From contig JAUSGO010000031.1 of assembly GCA_030649025.1 (NCBI GenBank), positions 9,745-73,744 of the forward strand: a stretch of DNA of 64,000 nt, read 5' to 3'. Position 1 is the first letter of the stretch. Each line of letters begins with the position of its first letter. This document shows, one piece after another, positions 37,283 to 46,667 of this stretch. The notes below the pieces were generated by a model. The model made no database searches and was not told the origin of the DNA. It saw nothing but the letters and a program-made list of their open reading frames with translations. A program made the translations under genes and the position numbers. Origin of the DNA: a bacterium (lineage in GTDB: Bacteria; Patescibacteriota; Minisyncoccia; JAUYLV01).

Positions 37283-37818
37283 CACGTGATCCTCTGCTTT
37301 CGTAGAGGCGCGGACTATATCTTCACCATGATCCGACTATAACCGGACTTTAGGTGCTCTGGTATCTAGTCTCTACGGCGCCCCACCTAAGTCTTGCTTT
37401 GCAAAATTGAGGCAGGTTCCCACGGTATTACCCGTTCTTGCGAACAAGGGCTTCACCGTTATCCCAGAGAGTTCATTCCTAAGTTTCCTTAGGAAGCTGC
37501 GTAAAGCTGGCTTCGATTTCTCGATGGCAATTCGCACACACCAATATACATTTATCTAGCTCCCGCTTAATAGCGTCCCATGAGCGCGTATAACCTTTGT
37601 CACCGATTGCAAACTCTTTAGAAGCTGGGTTGCGGTGATGTAGATCAAGTGCCCAGATGCATTTTTTATATCCGCATACTTGGCATTTTCCTCCTTTGTA
37701 CTCCACCGCAAGCATCTTGAGTTTCCTTCTGCGCTTTGCAACCGCTTTCTTCAGGTATTCCGCACGATCACGGTATGTGCGTTTTTCGACCTTTGCCATA
37801 TAAAGCCAGCCAATAGCC
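37283..37818 (-). mobile_element. Group I intron (IC3-like core) in the tRNA-Asn anticodon loop, between U35 and U36, carrying an HNH homing endonuclease gene.
   Basis: The 3' core reads GUAGAGACUAGAUACC...CACCUAAAG...UAUAGUCGG with an omega-G before exon 2. It matches my recollection of the Azoarcus tRNA-Ile intron P7-P9 (GUAGAGACUAGACGGCACCCACCUAAGG). The exon-1 end is U and the exon-2 start is UAA. Confidence 0.7.
37479..37799 (-). CDS. HNH homing endonuclease encoded inside the group I intron.
   Basis: CQVCGY...LDLHHRNP...CANCH is an HNH motif flanked by Cys pairs. Start set at MAKVEK, because the longer ORF-track N-terminus overlaps tRNA exon 1. Confidence 0.65.
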   Translation of the reverse strand: MAKVEKRTYRDRAEYLKKAVAKRRRKLKMLAVEYKGGKCQVCGYKKCIWALDLHHRNPASKEFAIGDKGYTRSWDAIKRELDKCILVCANCHREIEASFTQLPKET

Positions 37819-37880
37819 ACAGTCCCCTGCGCTACCGCTGCGCTACGCCGGAGCATAGCGTTGTACATAATTTTTAACAC

Positions 37881-39065
37881 CTAATATCCGCCCAATTTAC
37901 GCAGACTTACGTGCTGGCGGATTTTTTCAATGGCCTTTGCTTCAATTTGCCGTATACGCTCTCTCGTTACGCCAAATTCTTTTCCAACCTCTTCCAGGGT
38001 GTGTGTGATGCCGTCTTCAAGCCCAAAGCGCATCTGCAGGATCTTTTGCTCTCTGGGCGTTAAATCCTTGACGATGATGTTGAGGTGATCTTTAAGAAGC
38101 TTCCGTGCCGCCTGTTGAACGGGTGAGGTCTCCTTTTCATCTTCAATAAACTCCACCAGCGTCGAATCCTCCTCTCCTTCTCCGACCGGCGCTTCCAAAG
38201 ATACCACATCCTGGGAAATTTTTCTAATCTGGCGGATCTTTTCAAGCGCCATTCCCATCTCGCTCGATAATTCCTCGTCGAGCGGCTCTCTTCCCAGATC
38301 CTGCAGAAGCCGCCGTTTGACCTGCGTATATTTGGAAATGGTTTCTACCATGTGCACAGGGATGCGGATGGTGCGCGCCTGGTCGGCAAGGGCGCGGGTG
38401 ATCGCCTGCCTTATCCACCAGGTGGCATACGTGGAAAACTTGTATCCGCGCCGGTAATCGAATTTTTCCACGGCCTTAAAAAGGCCAATATTGCCTTCCT
38501 GTATGAGGTCCAGGAGCGTAAGATTCTGGCTTCTTCCCACATAGCGCTTGGCGATGGATACCACCAGACGCAAATTTGCCTGGGTGAGTTTCTGCCGGGC
38601 CGCTTCTTCGTTTTTTTCAATGAGTTTTGCAAGCTCCACCTCTTCAGCTCCTTTCAGCAAGGGCACGCGCCCAATCTCCCGCAAATACATCTGCACGGAA
38701 TCGTGCGCAGCTCCCTCCGCTTCCCCGGCGTCCCGTTTTTTTCCCTTCGGAACGGCACCTTCTTTGCCCTTCTTCGGCAATGTATCAAAAAATCCCCTTG
38801 TCTCCTTAATAACAATGTTCTGCGTCTCAAGTTCCCGATACAGTTTTTCAATATCCTCGACGTTTTCTTCGGCATTCGGCACGAAATGGAGGACTTCCAG
38901 TTCCGTAACAAATCCTCTCTCGCGGCCGCGGCGCAGCAACTCCTCAATATGCGTCCGGTCAAGGCTTATGCGTGCCTCGCGTTTTTTCGCGCTACGGCGT
39001 TTTTGAGAACGGCGCGTCGCATGCGCCTTTCGGCTCCGTATGATCTTTTTTTGCTTCTTTTTCAT
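37881..39065 (-). CDS. rpoD: RNA polymerase primary sigma factor.
   Basis: Sigma70 regions 1.2 to 4 ([13 protein letters not shown] and the region 4.2 helix-turn-helix). Confidence 0.9.
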   Translation of the reverse strand: MKKKQKKIIRSRKAHATRRSQKRRSAKKREARISLDRTHIEELLRRGRERGFVTELEVLHFVPNAEENVEDIEKLYRELETQNIVIKETRGFFDTLPKKGKEGAVPKGKKRDAGEAEGAAHDSVQMYLREIGRVPLLKGAEEVELAKLIEKNEEAARQKLTQANLRLVVSIAKRYVGRSQNLTLLDLIQEGNIGLFKAVEKFDYRRGYKFSTYATWWIRQAITRALADQARTIRIPVHMVETISKYTQVKRRLLQDLGREPLDEELSSEMGMALEKIRQIRKISQDVVSLEAPVGEGEEDSTLVEFIEDEKETSPVQQAARKLLKDHLNIIVKDLTPREQKILQMRFGLEDGITHTLEEVGKEFGVTRERIRQIEAKAIEKIRQHVSLRKLGGY

Positions 39066-39090
39066 ATGTTGTTGAAATTTTCGAAAGAGA

Positions 39091-40887
39091 TTACCGGGGG
39101 GCGGCTATCATACTCTGTTTTTCGCGTTTTTGCAACTCGCCGGATACCCGGGTGAATTCTTCAAGGATCACGGAGCGCAGCGAGACATTCGCGGATTTGA
39201 CCTCCTGGCCCAACGTTCTCAGGCGCTCACGAAGCTTGCGTAGCGAAAGTTCATGGATGAACGCCTCCATTTCTTTTACGGGATTGATCTTCGGAAGCGT
39301 CTCGGTATAACGGTCCGCCTTAAGCAAAAGTTGGTCCAGATGCATCTGGAATTCTTCCGAAACAACATCCGGCGCTTCCTTGGAAGAATCGGTTTGTATG
39401 CTGGGTATAATATGAAGGAAGAGCGAGCGCGTATGTTCCGAAGAAAAAAGGTCCTGCGTGAGGTGCTGGGCAAGAAGGCGGCCCGCATCGGGATACTTCA
39501 CAAGGAACGCAATAAGAAATTCCTCTATGTCCGACCATCGGCTTCGGACAATTTGAGCAGGAACGGAAGAAGTTTGAGATGGCTCGCTTCGATGTTCTTG
39601 GGGAATCTTTTGCATCGCCTCGTGTAAAAAACGCTCTTCAACGCCGATGGATCCTGCCAGTTTTGCCAAATAATGGCCCTGCATGACGGGGTTGGGGAAA
39701 ATGCGGATAAAAGGAAGAAGATCGTCGGTAATTCTGCGCTTGCCTTCCGGCGTTTTGGTATCGCTTACAAAAGAAGCTTTCTGCAGGTAATAATCCATTG
39801 CGGGCATTGCCTCTTCAACCGCACGAAGCCAGCTTGATGCATCCTGCAAAACCAGATCGGCAGGATCCTTTCCCCCTTCGATGCGGATAATGCAGACCGC
39901 GATATCGCAAGACAAAAGAAGCATGACGGAGCGCTTGGTTGCCAAGATCCCTGCTTCGTCGCTGTCGAAAGCCGTCGAAACATTTGAAGCGTACCGCTTA
40001 AGGAGTCTGGCGTGCTCCTGGGTAAGCGCGGTACCGGATGTCGCAACCGTGTGCAGGATGCCGGCCTGATGGGACAAGAGAAGATCGAACTGACCTTCCA
40101 CAAGCACCGCATGGTCTTTTTCCCGGATAGCCTGTTTAGCCCTGTCCAGACCGTAAAGAAGCCTGCTTTTGCTATATATGAGTGTTTCCGGGGTATTTAC
40201 ATACTTTGCCGGCGTCATGGAAGACCCTGCCGGATGGCGAGACTCGTAGTGCCGTCCGGAAAACCCGACCGCATTTCCCTGAATATCAAAAAGCGGAAAC
40301 ATGATGCGGTTATGAAAACGGTCTCTCCAGTCTCCCCGTTCCGTCCGTATGGCAAGCCCCGCGTGTTCTATCTCCTCCGGCCGGAACCCTTTGAATTTAA
40401 GATGACGCAAAAGACCGTCCCATGAAGCGCTCGGCGCATATCCAAGCCTGAAGTTCTCGGAGGTATCGGTGGCTACTCCCCGACCTATAAGATATTCTCG
40501 TATCTCGCGCTCCGTCTCCTTAGCCAATGTTTCCTGGTAGAACGCAACGGCGGCTTTAAGAGTGTCGTACATGCGCGCGCGCTCGCTCCGCACCCGTGGA
40601 TCCTCCTGCCTAAGGACAACGCCGGCTCGATCGGCCAAGATACGCAGAGCATCGGGGAATTCAACGCCGTCCATTTTCATCACGAACGAGAACATGTCTC
40701 CCCCGAGGCCGCATCCGAAGCAGTGCCATATCTGCTTGTCTTTCGAAACATAAAACGATGGGGTTTTTTCATGGTGAAAGGGGCAGAGCCCTTTTAGGTT
40801 TGCTCCGACCTGATTTAGTTTCATGTAGCCCCCGATGACATCGGCCACATCAAGGCGATTTTTTACTTCTTCGGATGGGGAAAGCAT
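39091..40887 (-). CDS. dnaG: DNA primase.
   Basis: CHC2 zinc finger [11 protein letters not shown]...CFGCG, TOPRIM domain, and a C-terminal helicase-binding region. Confidence 0.9.
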   Translation of the reverse strand: MLSPSEEVKNRLDVADVIGGYMKLNQVGANLKGLCPFHHEKTPSFYVSKDKQIWHCFGCGLGGDMFSFVMKMDGVEFPDALRILADRAGVVLRQEDPRVRSERARMYDTLKAAVAFYQETLAKETEREIREYLIGRGVATDTSENFRLGYAPSASWDGLLRHLKFKGFRPEEIEHAGLAIRTERGDWRDRFHNRIMFPLFDIQGNAVGFSGRHYESRHPAGSSMTPAKYVNTPETLIYSKSRLLYGLDRAKQAIREKDHAVLVEGQFDLLLSHQAGILHTVATSGTALTQEHARLLKRYASNVSTAFDSDEAGILATKRSVMLLLSCDIAVCIIRIEGGKDPADLVLQDASSWLRAVEEAMPAMDYYLQKASFVSDTKTPEGKRRITDDLLPFIRIFPNPVMQGHYLAKLAGSIGVEERFLHEAMQKIPQEHRSEPSQTSSVPAQIVRSRWSDIEEFLIAFLVKYPDAGRLLAQHLTQDLFSSEHTRSLFLHIIPSIQTDSSKEAPDVVSEEFQMHLDQLLLKADRYTETLPKINPVKEMEAFIHELSLRKLRERLRTLGQEVKSANVSLRSVILEEFTRVSGELQKREKQSMIAAPR

Positions 40888-40904
40888 ACTCGTGAGTAAA
40901 ACTC

Positions 40905-40990
40905 AAAAGATAAAAGTCAAAACTACAACTTAAAAATCAAAATTTTCTTCCAGAAAATTCTTGTAATCAAAAAATTCTCATTTTACGTTC
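40905..40990. repeat. Partial family-1 element: left caaaa-repeat arm plus a small hairpin.
   Basis: aaaactcaaaagataaaagtcaaaactacaacttaaaaatcaaaattttcttccagaaaatt. Confidence 0.4.
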
Positions 40991-40991
40991 A

Positions 40992-41480
40992 CTACCGGGC
41001 ATACACAACGCTCACTTTCGTTTCATTTTGCGAAAGGGCAAAAAGAACCACATGGACCGATGCAAGCCCTTTGGTGCCCCGAAGCGTCGTATATCCTTCC
41101 CCGGATGTTCTGAAACCAAGCGTCCAGCCCTGTGTCCTAAAAACTTCAAGATAAAAAGTTTCCAGTTTTTCAAGCGGCAGGGAGGCGCGATATGCGACGC
41201 TTTGCTGGAGTGCTCCGGTAAAAGCGGTCGTCTCTTCCGCCGAAAACCCCCGCTGGGCTGAAGGCGCAATAAATATCCGGGGGAAGGCTTCGGGAAGGGT
41301 GCCAAGCCGAAGAATATCCTTTCCTGCTTTTGGCAGGGTAAAGCCCGATAAATCTGCCGGATCCGATTCCTTTCTGCTACCTATAAAATCCCTGTACAAC
41401 CCAAAAAATATGGGGTGCGTGTAATATATAACACCCGTAAGTACAATGCCGCAAATAATGGGAATAGCGCTTCGACGCAT
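40992..41480 (-). CDS. Membrane-anchored hypothetical protein.
   Basis: N-terminal TM segment. Confidence 0.4.
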   Translation of the reverse strand: MRRSAIPIICGIVLTGVIYYTHPIFFGLYRDFIGSRKESDPADLSGFTLPKAGKDILRLGTLPEAFPRIFIAPSAQRGFSAEETTAFTGALQQSVAYRASLPLEKLETFYLEVFRTQGWTLGFRTSGEGYTTLRGTKGLASVHVVLFALSQNETKVSVVYAR

Positions 41481-41510
41481 AACTGAATTTGTTTTTCAAC
41501 TTAACAGCTT

Positions 41511-43838
41511 CTAAGGAACTAATTGTCCGCACACATATACCTGAAATCCCAGGAACGTCATCATTGAGACAAAAACAGGCTTTGCAAGGAGCAGCACCAA
41601 AAGCCCCAAGACTCCCGCCCCAAGCGCCTGTTTGCCCTTTTGAACCCGCGCGGGATTTCCAAGCGAAAGGAAAAGGGAGAATCCCGCAAGCACGATAAGA
41701 ATGGCAAATGAGGGAATACCGTACCGGACGAGCACCTTATACACTTCGCAGAGCGAGTAATCGGGAACGCCGCTGACGGGAGGCGCTGTGGGTCCCACAA
41801 TATCTTCCACCGTAAGCGTGCAGGAAGCCGTATTGGCTTTCTGGGGACTGGAACTGTCCGTAACATCAACCGTTGCGTTGTAAATACCGGGATCCGGAAA
41901 TGTTTGGTTAAAGGCGCATGTGCTTTTGCCGTCAATGAGGGGGCTGTCCGAATGCCATGCGCACGAATAAGGCTCCGTGCCGTTTGAAACGTTAATGCTG
42001 AAATCTGCCGTTCCGTCTTCGCTGATAAGGCTTGGAGACATGCGGCATGAGGCATCAAGTATTGATACGCATCTGCCTTCTGCCGTGCATACCTCGCCCT
42101 CTCCAGAACAGGTGCCGCAATCCAGGCATCCGGTCTGGTTATCCGGATTTGGATCGCCGGGAATACAGGCATCACAGCCGTTGGACCACGCACCGCACTG
42201 GGCTCCACCGCTAGCGACCGTGCTACAGGTCTTCGGAATACAAGGGATTTTGGTAAACTCTATAAGAAATTCTGTGGGACGCACCGCATCCAGAGTCCCA
42301 TTAAGTAGTTCGGTGCACGGCTTCTCATCTGTGATATCAACGAGTCCGGGAGTGCCCGCAGAAGAGTTTGGATCAGTGGTTCCCCCCGGCGTAAAATTCG
42401 GGTCATAGGTTCCCCCCGGAGAATAGGTCGGATAATAGCCCCCTCCCTGCGCAAAACTTTGGTTTACGATTCCCGGCGCAAAGCCTTGAGCAATAGTATC
42501 TTGTCCCATATCAAAGCTCTGGTCGATAAGGCGCAATTTGCAGGTGTAATTGGCAAAAAGCGATTCGGTGCCCGGCGGCACGCTCAACGTGTAGGAACCA
42601 AGTTCCATCTTATCATCGTCAAAGGCCAAGGCGGGGGTTGTTGTTGCTGTACCCGGAGCTCCCGCGGTGCTCTCTTTGCGCTCATACGGCGAGGGGCCCT
42701 GGAGAATGAAGGGAAGCCCCAGCTCCGTATCCGGAGCCTCGGCCTTTACGGAACGCACGATGATGCGTCCCGTCACGTTGTAGGCAAGACATAATCCATC
42801 TATTCCCGCATCATCGTCAATTGAGAATTTAATTCCGTAAATGATCCGCCGGGAAGGAGGCAGATTGGGATCGGTAATATCCACTACCGGCGCGGAGTAT
42901 TGGCACTCATTGTACCATCCGCTGTTGCTTCCCGATGCTTTACATCTATTACTCTCGCTCCGCGCATTCTTGTTGGGATCGGGCAGGTCGCTTACAAGCC
43001 GCACGGTTTTGAGATCCATGCCGCCTCTATAGTCACGTTCATCACAGGTACCGTTGTAATCAGCCGGGCTAAGATTATCCAATCCCCTGCCGCTCCAGCC
43101 AAGCAAGGGCCCTATAAGCGTGCCCGATGCCTTATCAACCTTCCGGAATATCTGAAAATAGCAGGGAAGTGTAGGAGACCCATCATCCATATCATCTATA
43201 TCATAACCCCTGCCGCCGCTCGTGCGCGAAGGAGTGAAGCGCCATCCGACGGCATATTTGTCTCTTGGCACAAAAACTTCATAGTCCTTCCTGTCGGGCA
43301 AGTCTCCTGAATTGCACATTCTGGCATGTTGTGCTCCGAGTTGTCCCAATCCCGTAGGGTTATATTTTATCGCGCCACCGGGCTGCAATTCTCCTTCATA
43401 GACATTGGTCATGCATTCTTTATCGTCCGACCCGAAACCGAAGCCGACCATGGCGTATCCTTGTGGACCTACAGTAAGGGCGCCGGGTCCTTCAAGCGGC
43501 GTTCTATTATTTAAATACCAGCTGATGAGTTTGTAGGTAACGAATATGGTAGTAAGAACTATGCCTACAATCGGTATAACATTCGAGCTTAAAATACTGG
43601 AGCCTCCTCCGCCACCTAACGATACCTCTTTTATGGGTTCGAGAAGAATACTGACAGCATTCGCGTCTTGAACGGGATTGAGCGGATCTGCTCTTGCTTC
43701 TAGTGCAGTACTCCCTTCACAGACCGCGGCGATATCCTGGGCTAGAGCTTCCTTGGGTGCGTGCGCCAAAAGCACGCTTAAAAGAATTGCGCCGGCTATT
43801 AAAATTCTTTTATTGTAGAGCATACCAAGAAACATCAT
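41511..43838 (-). CDS. Giant surface protein with a PKD-like Cys-rich extracellular region and a C-terminal VirB2/TrbC-like two-helix pilin module.
   Basis: Signal peptide. C-terminus ...FAILIVLAGFSLFLSLGNPARVQKGKQALGAGVLGLLVLLLAKPVF is homologous to the adjacent 131-aa pilin-like protein (ARRRTAKTTLEAAVIGLLVLLFAKSII). Confidence 0.5.
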   Translation of the reverse strand: MMFLGMLYNKRILIAGAILLSVLLAHAPKEALAQDIAAVCEGSTALEARADPLNPVQDANAVSILLEPIKEVSLGGGGGSSILSSNVIPIVGIVLTTIFVTYKLISWYLNNRTPLEGPGALTVGPQGYAMVGFGFGSDDKECMTNVYEGELQPGGAIKYNPTGLGQLGAQHARMCNSGDLPDRKDYEVFVPRDKYAVGWRFTPSRTSGGRGYDIDDMDDGSPTLPCYFQIFRKVDKASGTLIGPLLGWSGRGLDNLSPADYNGTCDERDYRGGMDLKTVRLVSDLPDPNKNARSESNRCKASGSNSGWYNECQYSAPVVDITDPNLPPSRRIIYGIKFSIDDDAGIDGLCLAYNVTGRIIVRSVKAEAPDTELGLPFILQGPSPYERKESTAGAPGTATTTPALAFDDDKMELGSYTLSVPPGTESLFANYTCKLRLIDQSFDMGQDTIAQGFAPGIVNQSFAQGGGYYPTYSPGGTYDPNFTPGGTTDPNSSAGTPGLVDITDEKPCTELLNGTLDAVRPTEFLIEFTKIPCIPKTCSTVASGGAQCGAWSNGCDACIPGDPNPDNQTGCLDCGTCSGEGEVCTAEGRCVSILDASCRMSPSLISEDGTADFSINVSNGTEPYSCAWHSDSPLIDGKSTCAFNQTFPDPGIYNATVDVTDSSSPQKANTASCTLTVEDIVGPTAPPVSGVPDYSLCEVYKVLVRYGIPSFAILIVLAGFSLFLSLGNPARVQKGKQALGAGVLGLLVLLLAKPVFVSMMTFLGFQVYVCGQLVP

Positions 43839-43857
43839 AACTCAATATACTATATCA

Positions 43858-44253
43858 TCAACACGTCATGGACGTAAGCCGTAAGCCGATGAAATGCAGG
43901 AAGATAATGATAATGCTTTTTGCAAAAAGAAGTACAAGGAGCCCTATGACAGCTGCTTCAAGCGTGGTTTTTGCCGTGCGCCTTCTTGCCTCGTCCCCCT
44001 GCGAGGTCAAAAACCTTATGCCCGCAATGCCGATAATGATGACAACCACAATAAGTCCGAGGGTAACGAGCCAATTTGCCGCAGTACAAAAAATACTATA
44101 GAAAGAAAGAGATGGCAGAGGGTTTTTGGTGGTGAGGTCGTAGATCTCTTCTGCAAGAGCGCCCCTCGCCCTAAAAAAAACAATGCCGGCTAAAATAAAA
44201 AAGGCGGCAGGAAGCGTAGACAATTCGATATTAAACTTTTTAAAAGGATTCAT
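43858..44253 (-). CDS. VirB2/TrbC-like pilin, about 100-aa mature protein with helix-loop-helix topology.
   Basis: Signal peptide cleaved near ARGALA/EE, then two hydrophobic helices separated by the RFLTSQGDEARRRTAKTT loop. Confidence 0.45.
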   Translation of the reverse strand: MNPFKKFNIELSTLPAAFFILAGIVFFRARGALAEEIYDLTTKNPLPSLSFYSIFCTAANWLVTLGLIVVVIIIGIAGIRFLTSQGDEARRRTAKTTLEAAVIGLLVLLFAKSIIIIFLHFIGLRLTSMTC

Positions 44254-44410
44254 GGGTGGATGCCGTATGCCCGGCGGAGGGTGCGGGGTTCGAACTCGCG
44301 GTTCCTGGATAGCTTTTCACTCATTGAAGACATTGTAGCTACCCGCGAAAAGCCAAGACTTTGGCTTTTCGCCCCTTGCGGGTCGCACGCTTTCTGTTGA
44401 AAAACCTAGC

Positions 44411-44498
44411 TGGCGGAGGCGAGAGGATTCGAACCTCTGATACCTTGCGGTATACTCGCTTTCCAAGCGAGCGCACTCGACCGCTATGCGACGCCTCC
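44411..44498 (-). tRNA. tRNA-Ser(GGA) with a long variable arm and encoded CCA.
   Basis: GGAGGCG...CUCGC-UUGGAAA-GCGAG...long variable arm...AGAGG-UUCGAAU-CCUCU-CGCCUCC-G-CCA. Confidence 0.85.
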
Positions 44499-44671
44499 TT
44501 AATGTGAAAATAAGCGCACTAGTTCCTGGGTCGCCTCTCATCCATTAGAAACAAAGTAGCAACCCGCGGAATCTGAAAACCTTCAGATTCCGCCCATTAT
44601 GAGAACCCTCCGTCCCCTCGTCTTACAACCATTACCCAAAAGACTTCCCCACTCTCCAAGGGGGTCCTTTG

Positions 44672-45304
44672 CTACTGCGGTGTCAGCTGGTACATCGCCC
44701 GAGAGCCGGGGTTCTGGCCGAATGCGATTGTGTAGCCTGCAAGCGCCTGCTGGCTGTTTCGCTCATCAATATCGAAAATGACTTCTCCTTTTTTTGTGGC
44801 ACCGGCACCAACTCCATAATTCAGGAATTCGCTCGACCATCCCGCGGGCGGCATAATGGACCCATCGGGGGTGATGAGGCGCATATCGGCATTCGTGAAA
44901 GGACCCGAGGGCCCTTTTCCGACATTAAGGATCTCGAAGCTCACTACGACAAATTTTCTTCCCGGAGCAATCGGCTTTTGATCATTATAGGTATCGCGGT
45001 ACTCTACCTTCAATACATCAAGCTTTAATTCCGCTCCTCCCGCAACGGTGTAGGCGACATTTTCGGGACCTTTCACGGGAGCGAATTTGTCTTTCTCCGG
45101 GCTTAGCCGATTGATGAGCCCCACCACCGCAAAACCGAGGCCAAGAATGATGACGGCAACCAAAATAATGCTTGCGACAGGGAAGATCTTGCTTTTTTGG
45201 AATTGCTTCCACATGTCCCCCAGCGAGGAACCGGGAGAGGACGGGGATGAAGACGGTAAAGGAGGACGAAAATTCTGTTGTGGAGGATTGATGTCCATAT
45301 CCAT
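44672..45304 (-). CDS. Membrane-anchored DUF4352-like protein.
   Basis: Pro/Ser-rich N-terminus, one TM segment and a beta-sandwich domain. Confidence 0.45.
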   Translation of the reverse strand: MDMDINPPQQNFRPPLPSSSPSSPGSSLGDMWKQFQKSKIFPVASIILVAVIILGLGFAVVGLINRLSPEKDKFAPVKGPENVAYTVAGGAELKLDVLKVEYRDTYNDQKPIAPGRKFVVVSFEILNVGKGPSGPFTNADMRLITPDGSIMPPAGWSSEFLNYGVGAGATKKGEVIFDIDERNSQQALAGYTIAFGQNPGSRAMYQLTPQ

Positions 45305-45330
45305 TGAGATTAGTGAAATAAATTAGAGAT

Positions 45331-46239
45331 TTAAATTTTTATTCCTCGTAATGCCGCAATACGCTCTTCGATGGGCGGATGCGTCATGAAAAGTTTTGCG
45401 AACCAGCTTACGCGCCCATCGCGCCCTGCCAAGGGAGAAGCGATATAGAGGTGCGCGGTGGCGTTGGACGCCATCTCGAGTTTCGGCGCGTAAGATATTT
45501 TTTCAAGCGCTCGCGCAAGTCCTTCCGGATACCGCGTGACCAAGGCTCCCGCAGCATCGGCCAAAAATTCCCTCCTGCGCGATACCGCAAACTGTATCAT
45601 CTGTGCCGCAAGCGGGGCCAAAAGCGCAAAAAGAATTCCAAGCGCCAGGAAAATAATGCCGGCACTGCCCCCTCCTTCCCTGTCACGTCGTCCTCTTCCT
45701 CCAAAGAAAGAAAACCGGAAGAACCAATCGGCAAGCAGAACCACCAGTCCGGCCAATATCGCCACAACGGTAGACACAAGCGTGTCGCGATTGCCAATGT
45801 GACTCATCTCATGCGCCAACACGCCCTCAAGCTCGCTTTTTTCAAGCGTCCGCATAATACCTTCCGTCACCGCTACCACCCCATGCGCCGGATCTCGCCC
45901 AGTTGCAAAGGCGTTCAGAGCGTGGCTCGGGAGCATAAAGAGCCGTGGCATGGGAAGCCCCATCGTCAGGGCAAGATTTTCAACAATACGGTAAAACTCC
46001 GGGTTGTCCTTCTTTTCGATGGGACGCGCCTGATGAAGCGCTAAGACAATTCTATCAGACCACCAGTAAGATGCAATGCTCATCGCGGAACTGAACATGA
46101 CCGCGAAAAATAATATTTCCGGGCTTCCGTACACCCGAGAGAACAGCCACCCGAGCATAATGACAAAACCAAAAAAAAGGCTTATGAGAAGCCAGGTTTT
46201 ATGGATATTCGATTCGGCTTGTTGGTAAAGAGTCGGCAT
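45331..46239 (-). CDS. htpX: Zinc metalloprotease HtpX (M48).
   Basis: HEMSHIGNRD HExxH motif and four TM segments. Confidence 0.9.
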   Translation of the reverse strand: MPTLYQQAESNIHKTWLLISLFFGFVIMLGWLFSRVYGSPEILFFAVMFSSAMSIASYWWSDRIVLALHQARPIEKKDNPEFYRIVENLALTMGLPMPRLFMLPSHALNAFATGRDPAHGVVAVTEGIMRTLEKSELEGVLAHEMSHIGNRDTLVSTVVAILAGLVVLLADWFFRFSFFGGRGRRDREGGGSAGIIFLALGILFALLAPLAAQMIQFAVSRRREFLADAAGALVTRYPEGLARALEKISYAPKLEMASNATAHLYIASPLAGRDGRVSWFAKLFMTHPPIEERIAALRGIKI

Positions 46240-46245
46240 GCTTTT

Positions 46246-46545
46246 CTAAAGAAAACTTCCATACCTTCCGCCTAACGCCTTTTGTAATTCCACATCAAGC
46301 GTCTTCAGCATACCTCGGTATGACCTATCGATGACCGGCGTAACATTTCCCAGGAACTGCTTCAGTTCTTTCTCGTCCATGCCCCGGAATTGCCCATGTT
46401 CATTCAGATACCCGGCCGCCATAGCCCGTATTTTCTGAAATTCCTCATGAGGAACACCGCGATGCTTGCGGGAGACCGCACTTAGCACCTTCTCGAATTC
46501 TTCTTCCGAAACAACGCGAGACGGCGGATTGTTGAATAGACCCAT
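46246..46545 (-). CDS. Hypothetical protein.
   Basis: Lies between lemA and htpX. Confidence 0.4.
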   Translation of the reverse strand: MGLFNNPPSRVVSEEEFEKVLSAVSRKHRGVPHEEFQKIRAMAAGYLNEHGQFRGMDEKELKQFLGNVTPVIDRSYRGMLKTLDVELQKALGGRYGSFL

Positions 46546-46560
46546 AAGCGCTTCGCTTAA

Positions 46561-46667
46561 ATTTAAAACTCAAAAGTCAAAAATCAAAATTTTGGAGTCT
46601 TGTGAAGGTTTTACGCGTAAAACCTTCATGCCTCAACAATTTTACATTTTGAGATTTACATTTTGCA
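46561..46667. repeat. Family-1 palindromic element, diverged copy.
   Basis: caaaa repeats, hairpin GTGAAGGTTTTACGCGTAAAACCTTCAT, then ttttga-type repeats. Confidence 0.5.

Larger units (their letters stand above)
37245..37852 (-). tRNA. tRNA-Asn(GUU) interrupted by a group I intron. Exon 1 is 37819-37852, the intron is 37283-37818, and exon 2 is 37245-37282. CCA is not encoded.
   Basis: The joined exons give UCCGGCG-UA-GCGC-AGCGGUA-GCGC-A-GGGGA-CUGUUAA-UCCCU-UGGUC-GCAGG-UUCGAAU-CCUGC-CGCCGGA-G, which folds as a perfect cloverleaf. The U1, G73 and CUGUUAA anticodon loop match what I recall of E. coli tRNA-Asn. Confidence 0.8.

Noticed and set aside
37479-37880. Full-length ORF-track call of the HNH gene, starting right after the rpoD stop.
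   Set aside because: The first 27 codons overlap tRNA-Asn exon 1 and the intron 5' end. The start was moved to ATG 37799 (MAKVEK...).
44254-44300. A third tRNA gene suggested by GGUUCGAAC.
   Set aside because: No acceptor, D or anticodon arms could be paired on either strand. The motif is self-complementary and therefore uninformative about orientation.
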